This document shows, one piece after another, positions 9,208 to 17,912 of a DNA stretch of 64,000 bases. A model generated the notes under the pieces. It had not been told where the DNA came from. It saw only the letters and a program-made list of their open reading frames with translations, and ran no database searches. The number at the start of each line of letters is the position of its first letter. The first letter of the stretch is position 1. The position numbers and the translations under genes were made by a program. This stretch comes from Gemmatimonadota bacterium (GTDB lineage Bacteria > Gemmatimonadota > Gemmatimonadetes > Longimicrobiales > Longimicrobiaceae). The stretch covers positions 13,031 to 77,030 of the forward strand of contig JBFMFL010000004.1 of the NCBI GenBank assembly GCA_040752145.1, written 5' to 3'.

Positions 9208-10941
9208 GTGAGCGCTCCGGATACCAGCCCCTGGCACAAGCTCCTCGAGGAACGCCTCAGCCGGCGCGCCGCCCTCCGCGGGGCGCTCACCGCCGGGGCG
9301 GGCGCGCTTCTCCCCCTGGATCTCCGCGCCTCGCCCGCTCCGGCCGCCCCCGCTCCTCCGGTTCCCGCGGGCCGCCGCCCGACCGCGCCGCCCTTCCGCC
9401 CCATCCAGCCGACCACGCGCGACGCGCTGGTGCTGCCCGAGGGGTACCGGTACGACGTACTGCGCGTCTACGGCGAGGAGATCGCCCCGGGGCTCCCCTT
9501 CGGCTACAACGCCGACTTCACCGCCTTCTTCCCCATCGACCTCCCCGAGGGAGGCCGCTCCTCGACGGACGGCCTGCTCTGGGTCAACCACGAGTACGTC
9601 AACCCGCTCCTGATGTACGGCTACCGCGGCGGTCCCAAGACCGAGGCGCAGCTCGACGTGGAGCGGATGGCGGTGGGCGGCTCGGTGATCCGCGTGCGGC
9701 GCGGCGCCGACGGGCGCTGGAGCTTCGCGGCGGACGCCCGCAACCGGCGCATGACCGGGCTCACCCGCTGCCGGCTCACCGGCCCCGTCGCCGGCTCCTC
9801 GGGGGTGCGGGGTGCGACCGAAGTGAAGGGGAGCGTGGGGAACTGCTCCGGCGGCGTCACGCCCTGGGGGACCGTGCTTTCCTGCGAGGAGAACGTGGAC
9901 GAGTACGGGCTGGCGGTCGAGCCCGGCGGATACGGGCTGGGGTGGACCGGCTACGAGAGCGTGCACCAGGGGTGGGTGGTGGAGGTGGACCCCTTCGACC
10001 CCTCCTTCACCCCGCTGAAGCGCACCGCGCTGGGCCGCTTTCGCCACGAGAACGTGGCGCTCCGCCTGGCGGCGGACGGGCGGGCCGTGGCCTACATGGG
10101 CGACGACAAGCGCGACTCGTGCGTGTACAAGTTCGTGAGCGACCGCCCCTTCCGCCCCGGCGACCGGGACTCCAACCTGCGCGTCCTGGAGCGGGGGAGG
10201 CTCTACGCGGCCGACTTCGGGCGGGGGGCCTGGGTGCTGCTGGATTACGACGCCCAGCCCCGGCTCCGGGAGGCCCGCCGCCCCGACGGCACGCCGCTCT
10301 TCGCCGGCCAGGCCGACGTCCTCCTCGACGCCCGCGCTGCGGCACTCGCCCTGGGCGCCACGCCGGTGGACCGCCCCGAGGACATCGAGATCCACCCGCA
10401 GACCGGCCATGCCTACGTCGCGCTGACCAACAACTACCTGCACGGCAACTTCCACGGGCAGATCGTCCGCATCCGGGAGGCGGACGGCGCGCCCGAGGCC
10501 ACGGCCTTCGAGTGGGACTTCTTCGCGGTGGGGGGGCCGCAGAGCGGGTTCTCGTCGCCGGACAACCTGCTCTTCGACCCGTACGGCAACCTGTGGATGG
10601 TCACCGACGTCTCCTCCGGCGTGGTCGGTGAGCCGGGGAGCATCTACGCCTTCCAGGGGAACAACGCGATGTTCTTCTTCGCCACGGAGGGCCCGGACGC
10701 CGGGAAGGCGGTGCAGTTCGCCTCCGGGCCGACCGAGTGCGAACTGACCGGCCCCTTCTGGACCCCGGACGGGACCACCCTCTTCCTCTCCGTCCAGCAC
10801 CCCGGGGAGGAGTCCGGGGGGCTGGAGGCGCTTACCAGCCACTGGCCGCGCGGCGACGGCAGGTCCGTCCCGCGCCCCGGCGTGGTCGCCGTCACCGGCT
10901 TCCCCGGGTGGGCGCCGGACCGTCGCTTCCACGCATGGTGA
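9208..10941 (+). CDS. phoX: PhoX-family alkaline phosphatase (DUF839) with a twin-arginine signal
   Basis: Tat motif 'LSRRAALRGAL'. PhoX-like blocks 'GYNADFTAFFP', 'LWVNHEY', 'NCSGGVTPWGTVLSCEEN', 'RFRHENVA' and 'DRPEDIEIHP'. GTG start. Confidence 0.85.
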   Translation: MSAPDTSPWHKLLEERLSRRAALRGALTAGAGALLPLDLRASPAPAAPAPPVPAGRRPTAPPFRPIQPTTRDALVLPEGYRYDVLRVYGEEIAPGLPFGYNADFTAFFPIDLPEGGRSSTDGLLWVNHEYVNPLLMYGYRGGPKTEAQLDVERMAVGGSVIRVRRGADGRWSFAADARNRRMTGLTRCRLTGPVAGSSGVRGATEVKGSVGNCSGGVTPWGTVLSCEENVDEYGLAVEPGGYGLGWTGYESVHQGWVVEVDPFDPSFTPLKRTALGRFRHENVALRLAADGRAVAYMGDDKRDSCVYKFVSDRPFRPGDRDSNLRVLERGRLYAADFGRGAWVLLDYDAQPRLREARRPDGTPLFAGQADVLLDARAAALALGATPVDRPEDIEIHPQTGHAYVALTNNYLHGNFHGQIVRIREADGAPEATAFEWDFFAVGGPQSGFSSPDNLLFDPYGNLWMVTDVSSGVVGEPGSIYAFQGNNAMFFFATEGPDAGKAVQFASGPTECELTGPFWTPDGTTLFLSVQHPGEESGGLEALTSHWPRGDGRSVPRPGVVAVTGFPGWAPDRRFHAW

Positions 10942-11240
10942 CCGCGGAGCGGCTGCACGCGCGGGTGGACGACTACCTGCGGGTGATCGTCCGGACGCGC
11001 CCCTGGACGCGGCGCGCGGAGGAGGAGGCGCTGGCCGCGCTCGCGGAGTGGGCGGCCGGGGATCCCGCCCGCCTGGAGTTGCGGGCCCCTGGCGCGCCGG
11101 ATGCCGTCGCCGCGCGCTGTGCCGCGGAACTCCGGCTTGCCCCCGAGCAGCAGGAGCGGATGACGGCGGCGCTCCGGAGCTTCGCCGCCTGGGCGGAAGC
11201 GGAGGAGGGGCTCGCCGCGCCGCGCGCCCCGGACGGATGA
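10935..11240 (+). CDS. Hypothetical 101-aa protein resembling only the N-terminal core-binding (SAM-like) domain of a tyrosine recombinase
   Basis: Its ATG overlaps the phoX stop. 'VDDYLRVIVRTRPWTRRAEEEALAALAEWAAG...ERMTAALRSFAAWAEAEEGL' follows the helical pattern of integrase N-terminal domains. No catalytic domain follows. Confidence 0.35.
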   Translation: MVTAERLHARVDDYLRVIVRTRPWTRRAEEEALAALAEWAAGDPARLELRAPGAPDAVAARCAAELRLAPEQQERMTAALRSFAAWAEAEEGLAAPRAPDG

Positions 11241-11340
11241 GCCGGCGAGGCGGGTCGAGGAGACGGCGCGGCTCACTGCGGAGAACCGGCGCGCCAGCCG
11301 GTGGCGCGCGGGCAGTCAAACCTGAGCAGAGCATCCCCGA

Positions 11341-12137
11341 ATGGCAGGCTCGTCCCTCATCCCCGTCCTGGCGCAGGCCCTGGTCGACCCAGGTGCAGCC
11401 GGGGCCAGGGACGTCATCCGTGCCGCGCTCCTGCACCTGGTCGCGCTGGGCCACCTCGGCGTGGAGGTGCAGGAGAAGAAGGTGCTCTTCACCACGAGCC
11501 GGGTGGTGCGGCTCCAGCGGCGGGAGGGCCGCGCCCCTTGCCCGCCGGAGCTGACGGTGATCCTGGATGCGCTGTTCCCGCCCGACAAGCCGGAGAAGCC
11601 GCTCGGCGCGACCGAGGTGGTCTACAGACTACAGCAGGTGTTCGGGTACGACTACGGGCGGTACCTCGCCCGGCACGTCCACCCCGAGCTGGTCGGCCGG
11701 GCTGGCTGCGCGTCGATGAATACCGGTCGCTCGGGATCGTGCCCCGCCGACGCTACCACCGGACCGCGGAAGGCGATCGCATGAGGGCGGCGCTGGACGA
11801 GCGGCTCCGCTCCGCATCGGAGGTGCCGCAGCTCCCGGAGCGTGATCCGGAACGGGCGCTCGGCATCGTGGCCGGCCTCGGGACGCTCGCGGTGCTGTCG
11901 GATACGCTCCGGCCCCACTACGCCGCGCTGGCGGAGGCGGCACGCGCGCAGGGGACCGGGATCCCCCTCGCGCCGGACGTGCTCCCCGCGACGGAAGAGG
12001 ACGAGCACCGGATGGCGTGGATGGAGGGCCTGGAGATGCTCTCCGCGCTCGACTGGGCGAACGTGCTGGACGCCATCGATAGCCTGGGCGATGCGTTCGA
12101 TGGCGGGGCGGACGGCGGCGATGGCGGAGGGGAGTAG
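11341..12137 (+). CDS. Hypothetical protein with an apparent 1-nt frameshift near 11699-11701
   Basis: Coding signal moves from the 11341 frame ('...YLARHVHPELVGR') to the 11301..12137 frame ('GWLRVDEYRSLGIVPRRRYHRTAEG...') at a G-run. The protein ends in an acidic Gly/Asp tail. Confidence 0.45.
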
Positions 12138-12198
12138 GAGACCCTCAACGAACGGGGCACCGGTGGAGCCGCTCCGACGAACCGAGGATCTGGCGGGC

Positions 12199-12462
12199 TC
12201 AGACGCCGGCCGGTTGGCGGAGCGAAGGCCAGCGGGCCTCCACCCACTCCGCTCCGATGGGGGTGAGCCGCACGCTGGAGTCGCTCCCCGCGTAGGCCAG
12301 GTGTCCGAGCCGTTCCAGCACGCTTGTGTATCCCCGGGCCCCCTCCGCCGAGAGCCCGAACCCGCCGCCGGCGTCCGCCGGGTCCACCTCGGCGGCCGGG
12401 TCCCCGCCCGCCAGGTCGTAGATCCTGCGCATCATCAGCAATACCACCGCTTCCTTGCTCAT
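12199..12462 (-). CDS. Hypothetical small protein (87 aa)
   Basis: Protein-like sequence: 'MSKEAVVLLMMRRIYDLAGGDPAAEVDP...YTSVLERLGHLAYAGSDSSVRLTPIGAEWVE'. Confidence 0.45.
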   Translation of the reverse strand: MSKEAVVLLMMRRIYDLAGGDPAAEVDPADAGGGFGLSAEGARGYTSVLERLGHLAYAGSDSSVRLTPIGAEWVEARWPSLRQPAGV

Positions 12463-12686
12463 CTCGATCTTCTCTCCGGTTCGTGGTACGTGTTCCTGCC
12501 GCAGGTGGAATCTTCACCCTGCGAGGTCCGCCGCGCCGGTGACCGCGGGGCCGAAGCGGAGGTGCGGCGGCTCCCGGACGGGCTCGAGCCCGGGGTCCGG
12601 AAGCTGTTCCGGGTGGTGGACCGGGCGGCGCTCGACGGGAGCGGGGCCGCCCCCCGCGCGCGCTGGCGCGGTCGGCCGAGCAGGGG

Positions 12687-12974
12687 GTGCGCTTCAGCGC
12701 GCGCAGCGGCGGGAGCGCCGCAGCGTCCACCGCGGACGGCACCCACGGCTACCTGCCGACGTTCGACCCGGACATCCTGACCGCCTTCGTCGCCCGGGGT
12801 GCAGGCGTGCGCGGGGGCGCGGTCGCGCCGGTCCTGCACATGGGGGACGTGGCGCCGTTCGTCGCCGGCCTGCCCGGCATCCCGTTCGACGCGCCGGACG
12901 TCGTGCTGCGTCCCGGCCTGCTCGCCCCACCGTCGGCGCGCCCGGCAGTGCAGGGGACCGGCGGCTCCCGGTAA
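12687..12974 (+). pseudogene. C-terminal remnant of a nucleotide pyrophosphatase/phosphodiesterase (alkaline-phosphatase superfamily) gene
   Basis: 'GTHGYLPTFDPDILTAFVARGAGVRGGAVAPVLHMGDVAPFVAGLPGIP' matches the conserved C-terminus of NPP-type enzymes ('G.HGY.P...M.a.F.A.Gp......DVaP.i..lLGi'). The catalytic N-terminal part is absent. Upstream frames show only broken fragments. Confidence 0.45.
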
Positions 12975-13032
12975 GCGGGGGACAGCGGATCGCAGGGCGC
13001 CCGGCCGCATGAATCCTGCCCGGCCCGCCGCT

Positions 13033-14264
13033 TTACTCGGATCCGACCCGCACCACCGTCACGCCGTCCGCGTTGACGGGGTCGTCCCCGTTCTCCCGGA
13101 TGGCCACCGACTGCAGGCGGAGCGTCCCGCCGCCCGCCTGGTTCTGCTCCACCTGGATCCCGTCGTCCGCGTTGCCGGCGACGGTCGAGTTCACGACCCG
13201 CCCCTCCAGGTCTCCCGCCCCGAATTCCTCCACCTTGATCCCGTCGTCGTCCCGGCTGCCGGAGGCGGTCACGTCGTGGAAGTCGAAGTCGATGCTGCCG
13301 CCCGCCCGTTCCTCCTCGTCCTCGGTCAGGGTGATGCCGGTGTCCAGGTTGCGCGACGCCTCCACCCGGTGGAACACGGCCCGGATGCCGCCGGTTCCCT
13401 CCTCGTCCAGGTCGATCCCCTCGTCCTCGTTGCCGTTCGCGCGGACGTGCGTGAGCCGGGCCCGGATGTCGCCCGCGCCGGCCTCGTCGATGTCGAAGCC
13501 GTCCTCCAGGTCGCCGGGGTTCTGCGGCTGGTCGCCGTTCTCGTGAACACGGTGTGCTGCACCCGCGCCTCCACGTCACCGGCGCCCCTCTCGTCCAGCT
13601 CCACCCCGTCGGCGGCGTTGCCGGTGACCACGCTCCGGTGCATCACCAGCTCCAGGTCGCCCGCGCCTCCCTCGTTCACCCGCACCCCGTCGAAGTCCGC
13701 GAACTCGGCCCCGGCCCGGAAGCCGTTCCGCTCGATCCGGCTCTCCTGGATCGCCAGCGACACGCTGGCGGGGGACGCATGCTCCTGGTCCTCCACCCAG
13801 AGCCCGCTCAGGCCGTTGTCCCGGAGCGTGACCCCGTGCAGGGCGACGTCGACCGTGCCGGCGGCGCCCGCGGGGACGTCCACGTAGACGCCGTGCCCGG
13901 CCGCGCCCGCGATCGTCACGTCGCGCAGGGTCAGGTCCGCGCCTCCGGTGACGGTCAGCGCGTCGCCGCCCGCGGGGCCGGTGATCGTCGCCCCGCGCCC
14001 CTCGATGCGCAGCTCCTGCTGCCCCGCGTAGGTGATGGTCGAGGCGAGCGTGAAGTCGCCGGCGAGGCGCACAACGCGCACGGACGGGCCGGCGAGCGGC
14101 GCGTCCAGCGCGGCTTGCAGGCCGGCCTGGCTGTCCACTTCCACGGCCGCCGCGGACAAGCTGCCCGCCGGGAGCGAGGTGGGGGACGGGCCGGTGATCC
14201 CGTCTGAGCAGGAGGCTGCCAGCGCCGAGAGCGGCAGGGCGAGCAGGGAGCGGAGATGCTTCAT
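13033..14264 (-). CDS. Right-handed beta-helix repeat lipoprotein, with an apparent 1-nt frameshift near 13543-13548
   Basis: Lipobox 'LSALAASC'. Repeated 'G..V...N..DG(I/V).(V/L).E' units continue across two ORFs (13326..14366 and 13033..13377) through a third frame. 'VQHTVF|HENGDQPQNPGDLEDGFDIDEAG...' is restored by adding one C in 'gtgttcacgag'. Confidence 0.6.
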
Positions 14265-14454
14265 GTGGGGCGACTCCTGGCCTGGGGGCGGACGCCGCCA
14301 CCGGCCGATCACGGGTTCCGGAGTCCGGACACGTACTGCGGTCTCAAGCTGGGGCGCCAAGCGCAATGGCAGGGTCGGCCGCCGGTATCGGCTGTGTCAC
14401 GAGCGGACCGTGCCCTCGGGCTCCGGGAGTCGGGGCGGGGGTGGCGCGGGCGGC

Positions 14455-14655
14455 CTAGCCGTCCTGCTTCTTCATTGCCTTCCGACCCTTCCCGCCCTTC
14501 TTCCGCTTTCGCTGGGCGCGCTCGATCAGGGCGGTCGCCGCGCTGCTCGCCAGGCTCAGGAGCAGCGTGGTGGCGACCTCCTGCCCGTGCCGCTTCACGG
14601 GCCGGCGGGTGTCCCTGGCGAGCTTGCGCCGGGTCTTTCCCTTCACCGGTTCCAC
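14455..14655 (-). CDS. Small basic protein (66 aa)
   Basis: GTG start with high GC3: 'VEPVKGKTRRKLARDTRRPVKRHGQEVATTLLLSLASSAATALIERAQRKRKKGGKGRKAMKKQDG'. Confidence 0.4.
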   Translation of the reverse strand: MEPVKGKTRRKLARDTRRPVKRHGQEVATTLLLSLASSAATALIERAQRKRKKGGKGRKAMKKQDG

Positions 14656-15009
14656 GGGTCCTCCAGGGTGTACGCCCGAGTCGTGGCCGCAGCCGCAGGC
14701 GGCCGACCCCACGTCCCGCATGCCGCCCCCGCACCGTGGCCGTCTCCCTCCCGCGGCGGCGCGATCCGGCCGTCGAGCCACGGTGGACGTCCTCCGCCCC
14801 GGACTGCGCCGACAGGCGCGCGGACGCCGCGGCGCCGCGGGACGGCAGGTGGAGCGTCGACGCCCCTTCCAGCTGGGCTGCGCGCCGGAGGTGTTCGGCC
14901 CTTTACCGGACCGGTGCTCCGGGGTCGTCTGGGCGTCACGGACGGGCGCGATCCTGGACCTGCGGCCCCCGCCCGTGGAGCCGCGCGCCACCGTGAAGGG
15001 AGATGTCCG

Positions 15010-15819
15010 ATGAGGCTGAGTGATGCCCGGTTCGCGGATCTGCACTGTCGGGTCGTACCGGGGGTGGATGGCGGCTCGCCGTCGGTGGTGAAGGCGATCC
15101 AGTCCCTGCGGGCGCTCCGCAGCGAGGGCGTAGGCGCTCTGGTGTTGGCCCAGCCGCTGGAGCCGGCCCGGCATCCCGGTTCCATGGCGCTGCGGCGGAG
15201 GCTCGACGAGCTCCAGGCCGGGTACGAGCGGATGTGCGAGGCCGCCGCGGGCCGGCTCGACGTACCCGTGCTGCACTCCGGGCAGGTGATCCGCATCGTG
15301 GATGCGGACGACGTCCGGCGCGTGGCGGAGGACCCGCGGGTGGGGCTCGGCGGCAGCCGGTTCCTGCTGGTGGAGTTCGACCGGGACCTCCGGGGCGAGC
15401 CGCTGAAGCTGATCCGCGCCGTCCGTTCGGCGGGCCGCGAGCTCCTGGTTTCCCACCCGGAGCGCTGCCGCTTCCCCTGGAGCCCGAACCCACTGGACAC
15501 GGTGCGCCGCTGGGTAGACGCGGGCGCCTATCTTCAGGTCGGCCTGGCGAGCCTGGCGGAGGGAGGAGGCGCCTGCGGAGCAGACGCGGAAGCCCTGGCG
15601 TGGAGCCTCCTGGAGGCGGGGCTGGTGCACGCTCTCTCGTCCGGCGCCCACGTCGAGGTCGCGTCCCTGCCGGTGCAGCACCGCGCGGTGCTCGGGAGGC
15701 TCGCGAGGTGCGGCGGGGCCAGGCAGGCGGCCCAGCTCCTCGGCGGCAACCCTCGCCGAGTCCTCCGGGACCAGCTTCCAAGCCCGGTCGCACCCCTCCG
15801 GGTGCCCCTGCCGGTGTAG
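15010..15819 (+). CDS. CpsB/YwqE-type PHP-domain tyrosine phosphatase homologue with degenerate metal ligands
   Basis: 'DLHCRVVPGVDGGS' aligns with the family motif 'DIHCHILPGIDDG', and 'VSHPERC' and 'SSGAH' align with the AHPER and SDAH blocks. The second His of HxH is Arg, and the 'TPH' block reads 'AQP'. Confidence 0.6.
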   Translation: MRLSDARFADLHCRVVPGVDGGSPSVVKAIQSLRALRSEGVGALVLAQPLEPARHPGSMALRRRLDELQAGYERMCEAAAGRLDVPVLHSGQVIRIVDADDVRRVAEDPRVGLGGSRFLLVEFDRDLRGEPLKLIRAVRSAGRELLVSHPERCRFPWSPNPLDTVRRWVDAGAYLQVGLASLAEGGGACGADAEALAWSLLEAGLVHALSSGAHVEVASLPVQHRAVLGRLARCGGARQAAQLLGGNPRRVLRDQLPSPVAPLRVPLPV

Positions 15820-15944
15820 CGGCGCAGCACGTCCCGCCGCGCCGAGGCGCGGGACCCGGGGCTCGCGTCCACGCGCGCCCGGGCGCTGCTGGACCGGGAT
15901 CACGGTGGAGGCGATGGCCCGGCACGCGCACGTGAGCGTGCGGG

Positions 15945-16330
15945 TCAGGCTCGCGCCCGGGGGCGTCGCGCAGGACCAGCGGGCGTCCCCGGAGAGTCCG
16001 CGGCCCGGGTGGCGAGCCGCGAGGGGACGGTCTTTCTCCGGGGGTGCATCCGGACGGGGACGACGGCGATGGTCTGGCCGGCGGTCTCGCGCGCCTGGCG
16101 CTGGTCGTGGTCTCCACCGCCGCGCCCGCGCATCGACCGCTCGGCGCCGTCGGGGGTCGCCCAGGTCTTCGCGTCCCCCAGGTGGGGGGCTCAGCTCGCC
16201 ATCGAGGTGGATCCCGACGGCCCGGGTCGCGTAGCGCGGGCGGTTGGCCTCGATGCCGTTGAGGAGGACCTGGATGGCGTGGCGGATGATCTCCTCTGGT
16301 ACCGGTGCCTCCCTGGGGGGAGCGGATGGA
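15945..16330 (-). pseudogene. Decayed coding fragment of unknown family, frameshifted at a G6 run (16184-16189)
   Basis: High-GC3 stretches 'VPEEIIRHAIQVLLNGIEANRPRYATRAVGIHLDGE' and 'HLGDAKTWATPDGAERSMRGRGGGDHDQRQARETAGQTIAVVPVRMHPRR' lie in two different minus frames. No credible start was found. Confidence 0.3.
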
Positions 16331-16723
16331 CGGCCGTCCCGGGTCACGGCGGCCACCCCGAAGCCGGGCGCCCCAACCCGAGCTGGTCGACGTGGACGTC
16401 GACGAGGGCGAGGAGCGCAGCCCGGAGACCGGGGAACCTGCTGGGTCGAGGCGAGTCGAACTGCGTCGGTGCTGCCGTAGCGGGGGGGAGGGGGCACGCC
16501 GGGCAGAGCCGGGTTCAGGCATCAACGCGAGAAGGAAGAAACGAAAGCAGCCCGGGTGAACAGAACCCGAGCCGTGGCCCGATCGTTTTCTGTGGCGGGG
16601 GAGGGGGAGGTCAGGAAACCCAGAACCTCTGGGCGATTGATCTGCGCACCCACCGCGCTCACGAAGAGCCGCAGACAGGGCCCGGTCAACACCGCGAGTC
16701 GGTGAGGCATGTGCCCGCGATGC

Positions 16724-17548
16724 TCACCGCGGGTCCCGCCACTCCAGGGGGATGGCGACTCCACCGAGCGCGGTAACGCGGTAGAGTGCGGCTCCTCGCC
16801 GCCCGGCCACGTCCGCGATCCACTTTTGTACGAGCCCTGCGCGCACGAGCCACGCCAGGTCGGCCGGTCCCGGTCCGCTCGGCGCTGAAACGAGGGGCGG
16901 GTCACCGATCAGCGGATCCCACCCCTCCGCACGTTCTTCCCGGACGATCTGGTCCACCCAGCCGTCGTCTCCCATCCACGGCTCCCCGGTATCGTCCCGC
17001 GCCGCCTCCACCTCCTCTTCGCGGATGATCTTCCACGGCTCGCGCCGGGACCCGGGCTCCCAGGACCGTTTCGTCCGCTGCCGTCCCGTGGCCTGCTCCC
17101 GCAGCTCGTCCATGGTCCGCCAGCCGGGTTCCCCCGGGAGGTGCGGGGATTCCACCCTCATCTCCATCGCACGGCGCAGCTCCCGCAGCGCGAGGACCGC
17201 GCCGGCAGGGACGTAGATCGCCGCGTCCGTGTCCCGCTCGGCGAGCCGCTGCGGGCCAGGGATCGGGCGCCGCGGGAGGTCTGCCTGCGCCGCCGCCCGG
17301 TCCGCTCCGGCCCGCGTGACGCGGTAGATCCAGGCGGGGCGGGGGAGGCCCGGCGCGCGGACGTCCTCCCGGTCGAGCAGCCCCCGCCCGTGCAGCACCG
17401 GCAGCCGTTCGGGTAACCGTAACTCGGTGGCCCGCTCCACGTCTTCCCGCATGGCCCACCCCGGCACTTCCCGGCGCGTGTAGCCGCCTTCACGCAGGGC
17501 GAGGTAGCGAAGGTACCGCAGCGCGGCTGCATCCGGGTTCGTTTTCAT
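16724..17548 (-). CDS. Hypothetical 274-aa protein, left copy of a duplicated family (paralogue at 40616..41437)
   Basis: 59 of 75 residues are identical to the right copy over the N-terminal stretch I aligned by eye ('LRYLRYLALREGGYTRREVPGWAMREDVE...'). The C-termini also match: 'LYRVTALGGVAIPLEWRDPR' versus 'LYRITPLGGVVIPLEWREPR'. Confidence 0.75.
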   Translation of the reverse strand: MKTNPDAAALRYLRYLALREGGYTRREVPGWAMREDVERATELRLPERLPVLHGRGLLDREDVRAPGLPRPAWIYRVTRAGADRAAAQADLPRRPIPGPQRLAERDTDAAIYVPAGAVLALRELRRAMEMRVESPHLPGEPGWRTMDELREQATGRQRTKRSWEPGSRREPWKIIREEEVEAARDDTGEPWMGDDGWVDQIVREERAEGWDPLIGDPPLVSAPSGPGPADLAWLVRAGLVQKWIADVAGRRGAALYRVTALGGVAIPLEWRDPR

Positions 17549-17693
17549 GGTGCCAATACTGGCGGCCCTGTTCCCGGCGCGAAAATCCGGAGTGTGGTGT
17601 CACCTTCTATTTACCGGATGGTGCTGGCGGGTTCTGTATGGTGTGAATAGCTTGCGTTGCTCACCCGGTTTTCCCCAGCAACAGGAGGTTCCC

Positions 17694-17912
17694 ATGCGTA
17701 GAGCGATGATCCTCGGACTGTGCCTTGTCGCTTCCCTCGCCGCGTGCGGCGGCGAGACCCCCACAGGTGTGAACACCCCTGAAGGTCCGAGTTTCGACAC
17801 CGGATTGTTGGTGGGGAGCGGAGGGCAATCTGCGGAGGGCGCGGGAGGGACGACTACTACTTCGGACAGCACGACCGCCCGGTCGGGCTGGCTGGTCGGA
17901 TCGGGCGGTTAG
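17694..17912 (+). CDS. Small lipoprotein (72 aa)
   Basis: An AGGAGG sits 5 nt upstream of ATG 17694. Lipobox 'LVASLAAC', followed by Gly/Thr/Ser-rich mature sequence. Its end overlaps the convergent TPR-like gene by 4 nt. An analogous lipoprotein sits next to the right-hand TPR-like gene. Confidence 0.55.
   Translation: MRRAMILGLCLVASLAACGGETPTGVNTPEGPSFDTGLLVGSGGQSAEGAGGTTTTSDSTTARSGWLVGSGG

Noticed and set aside
16430-16500. tRNA or att-site-like 'GAGTCGAAC' segment
   Set aside because: No T-arm or acceptor-stem complementarity can be drawn around it. I found no tRNA, rRNA or tmRNA in the window.
16522-16710. 62-aa ORF downstream of the left 274-aa gene
   Set aside because: GC3 bias is mixed, there is no RBS or motif, and it is not conserved next to the right-hand paralogue.
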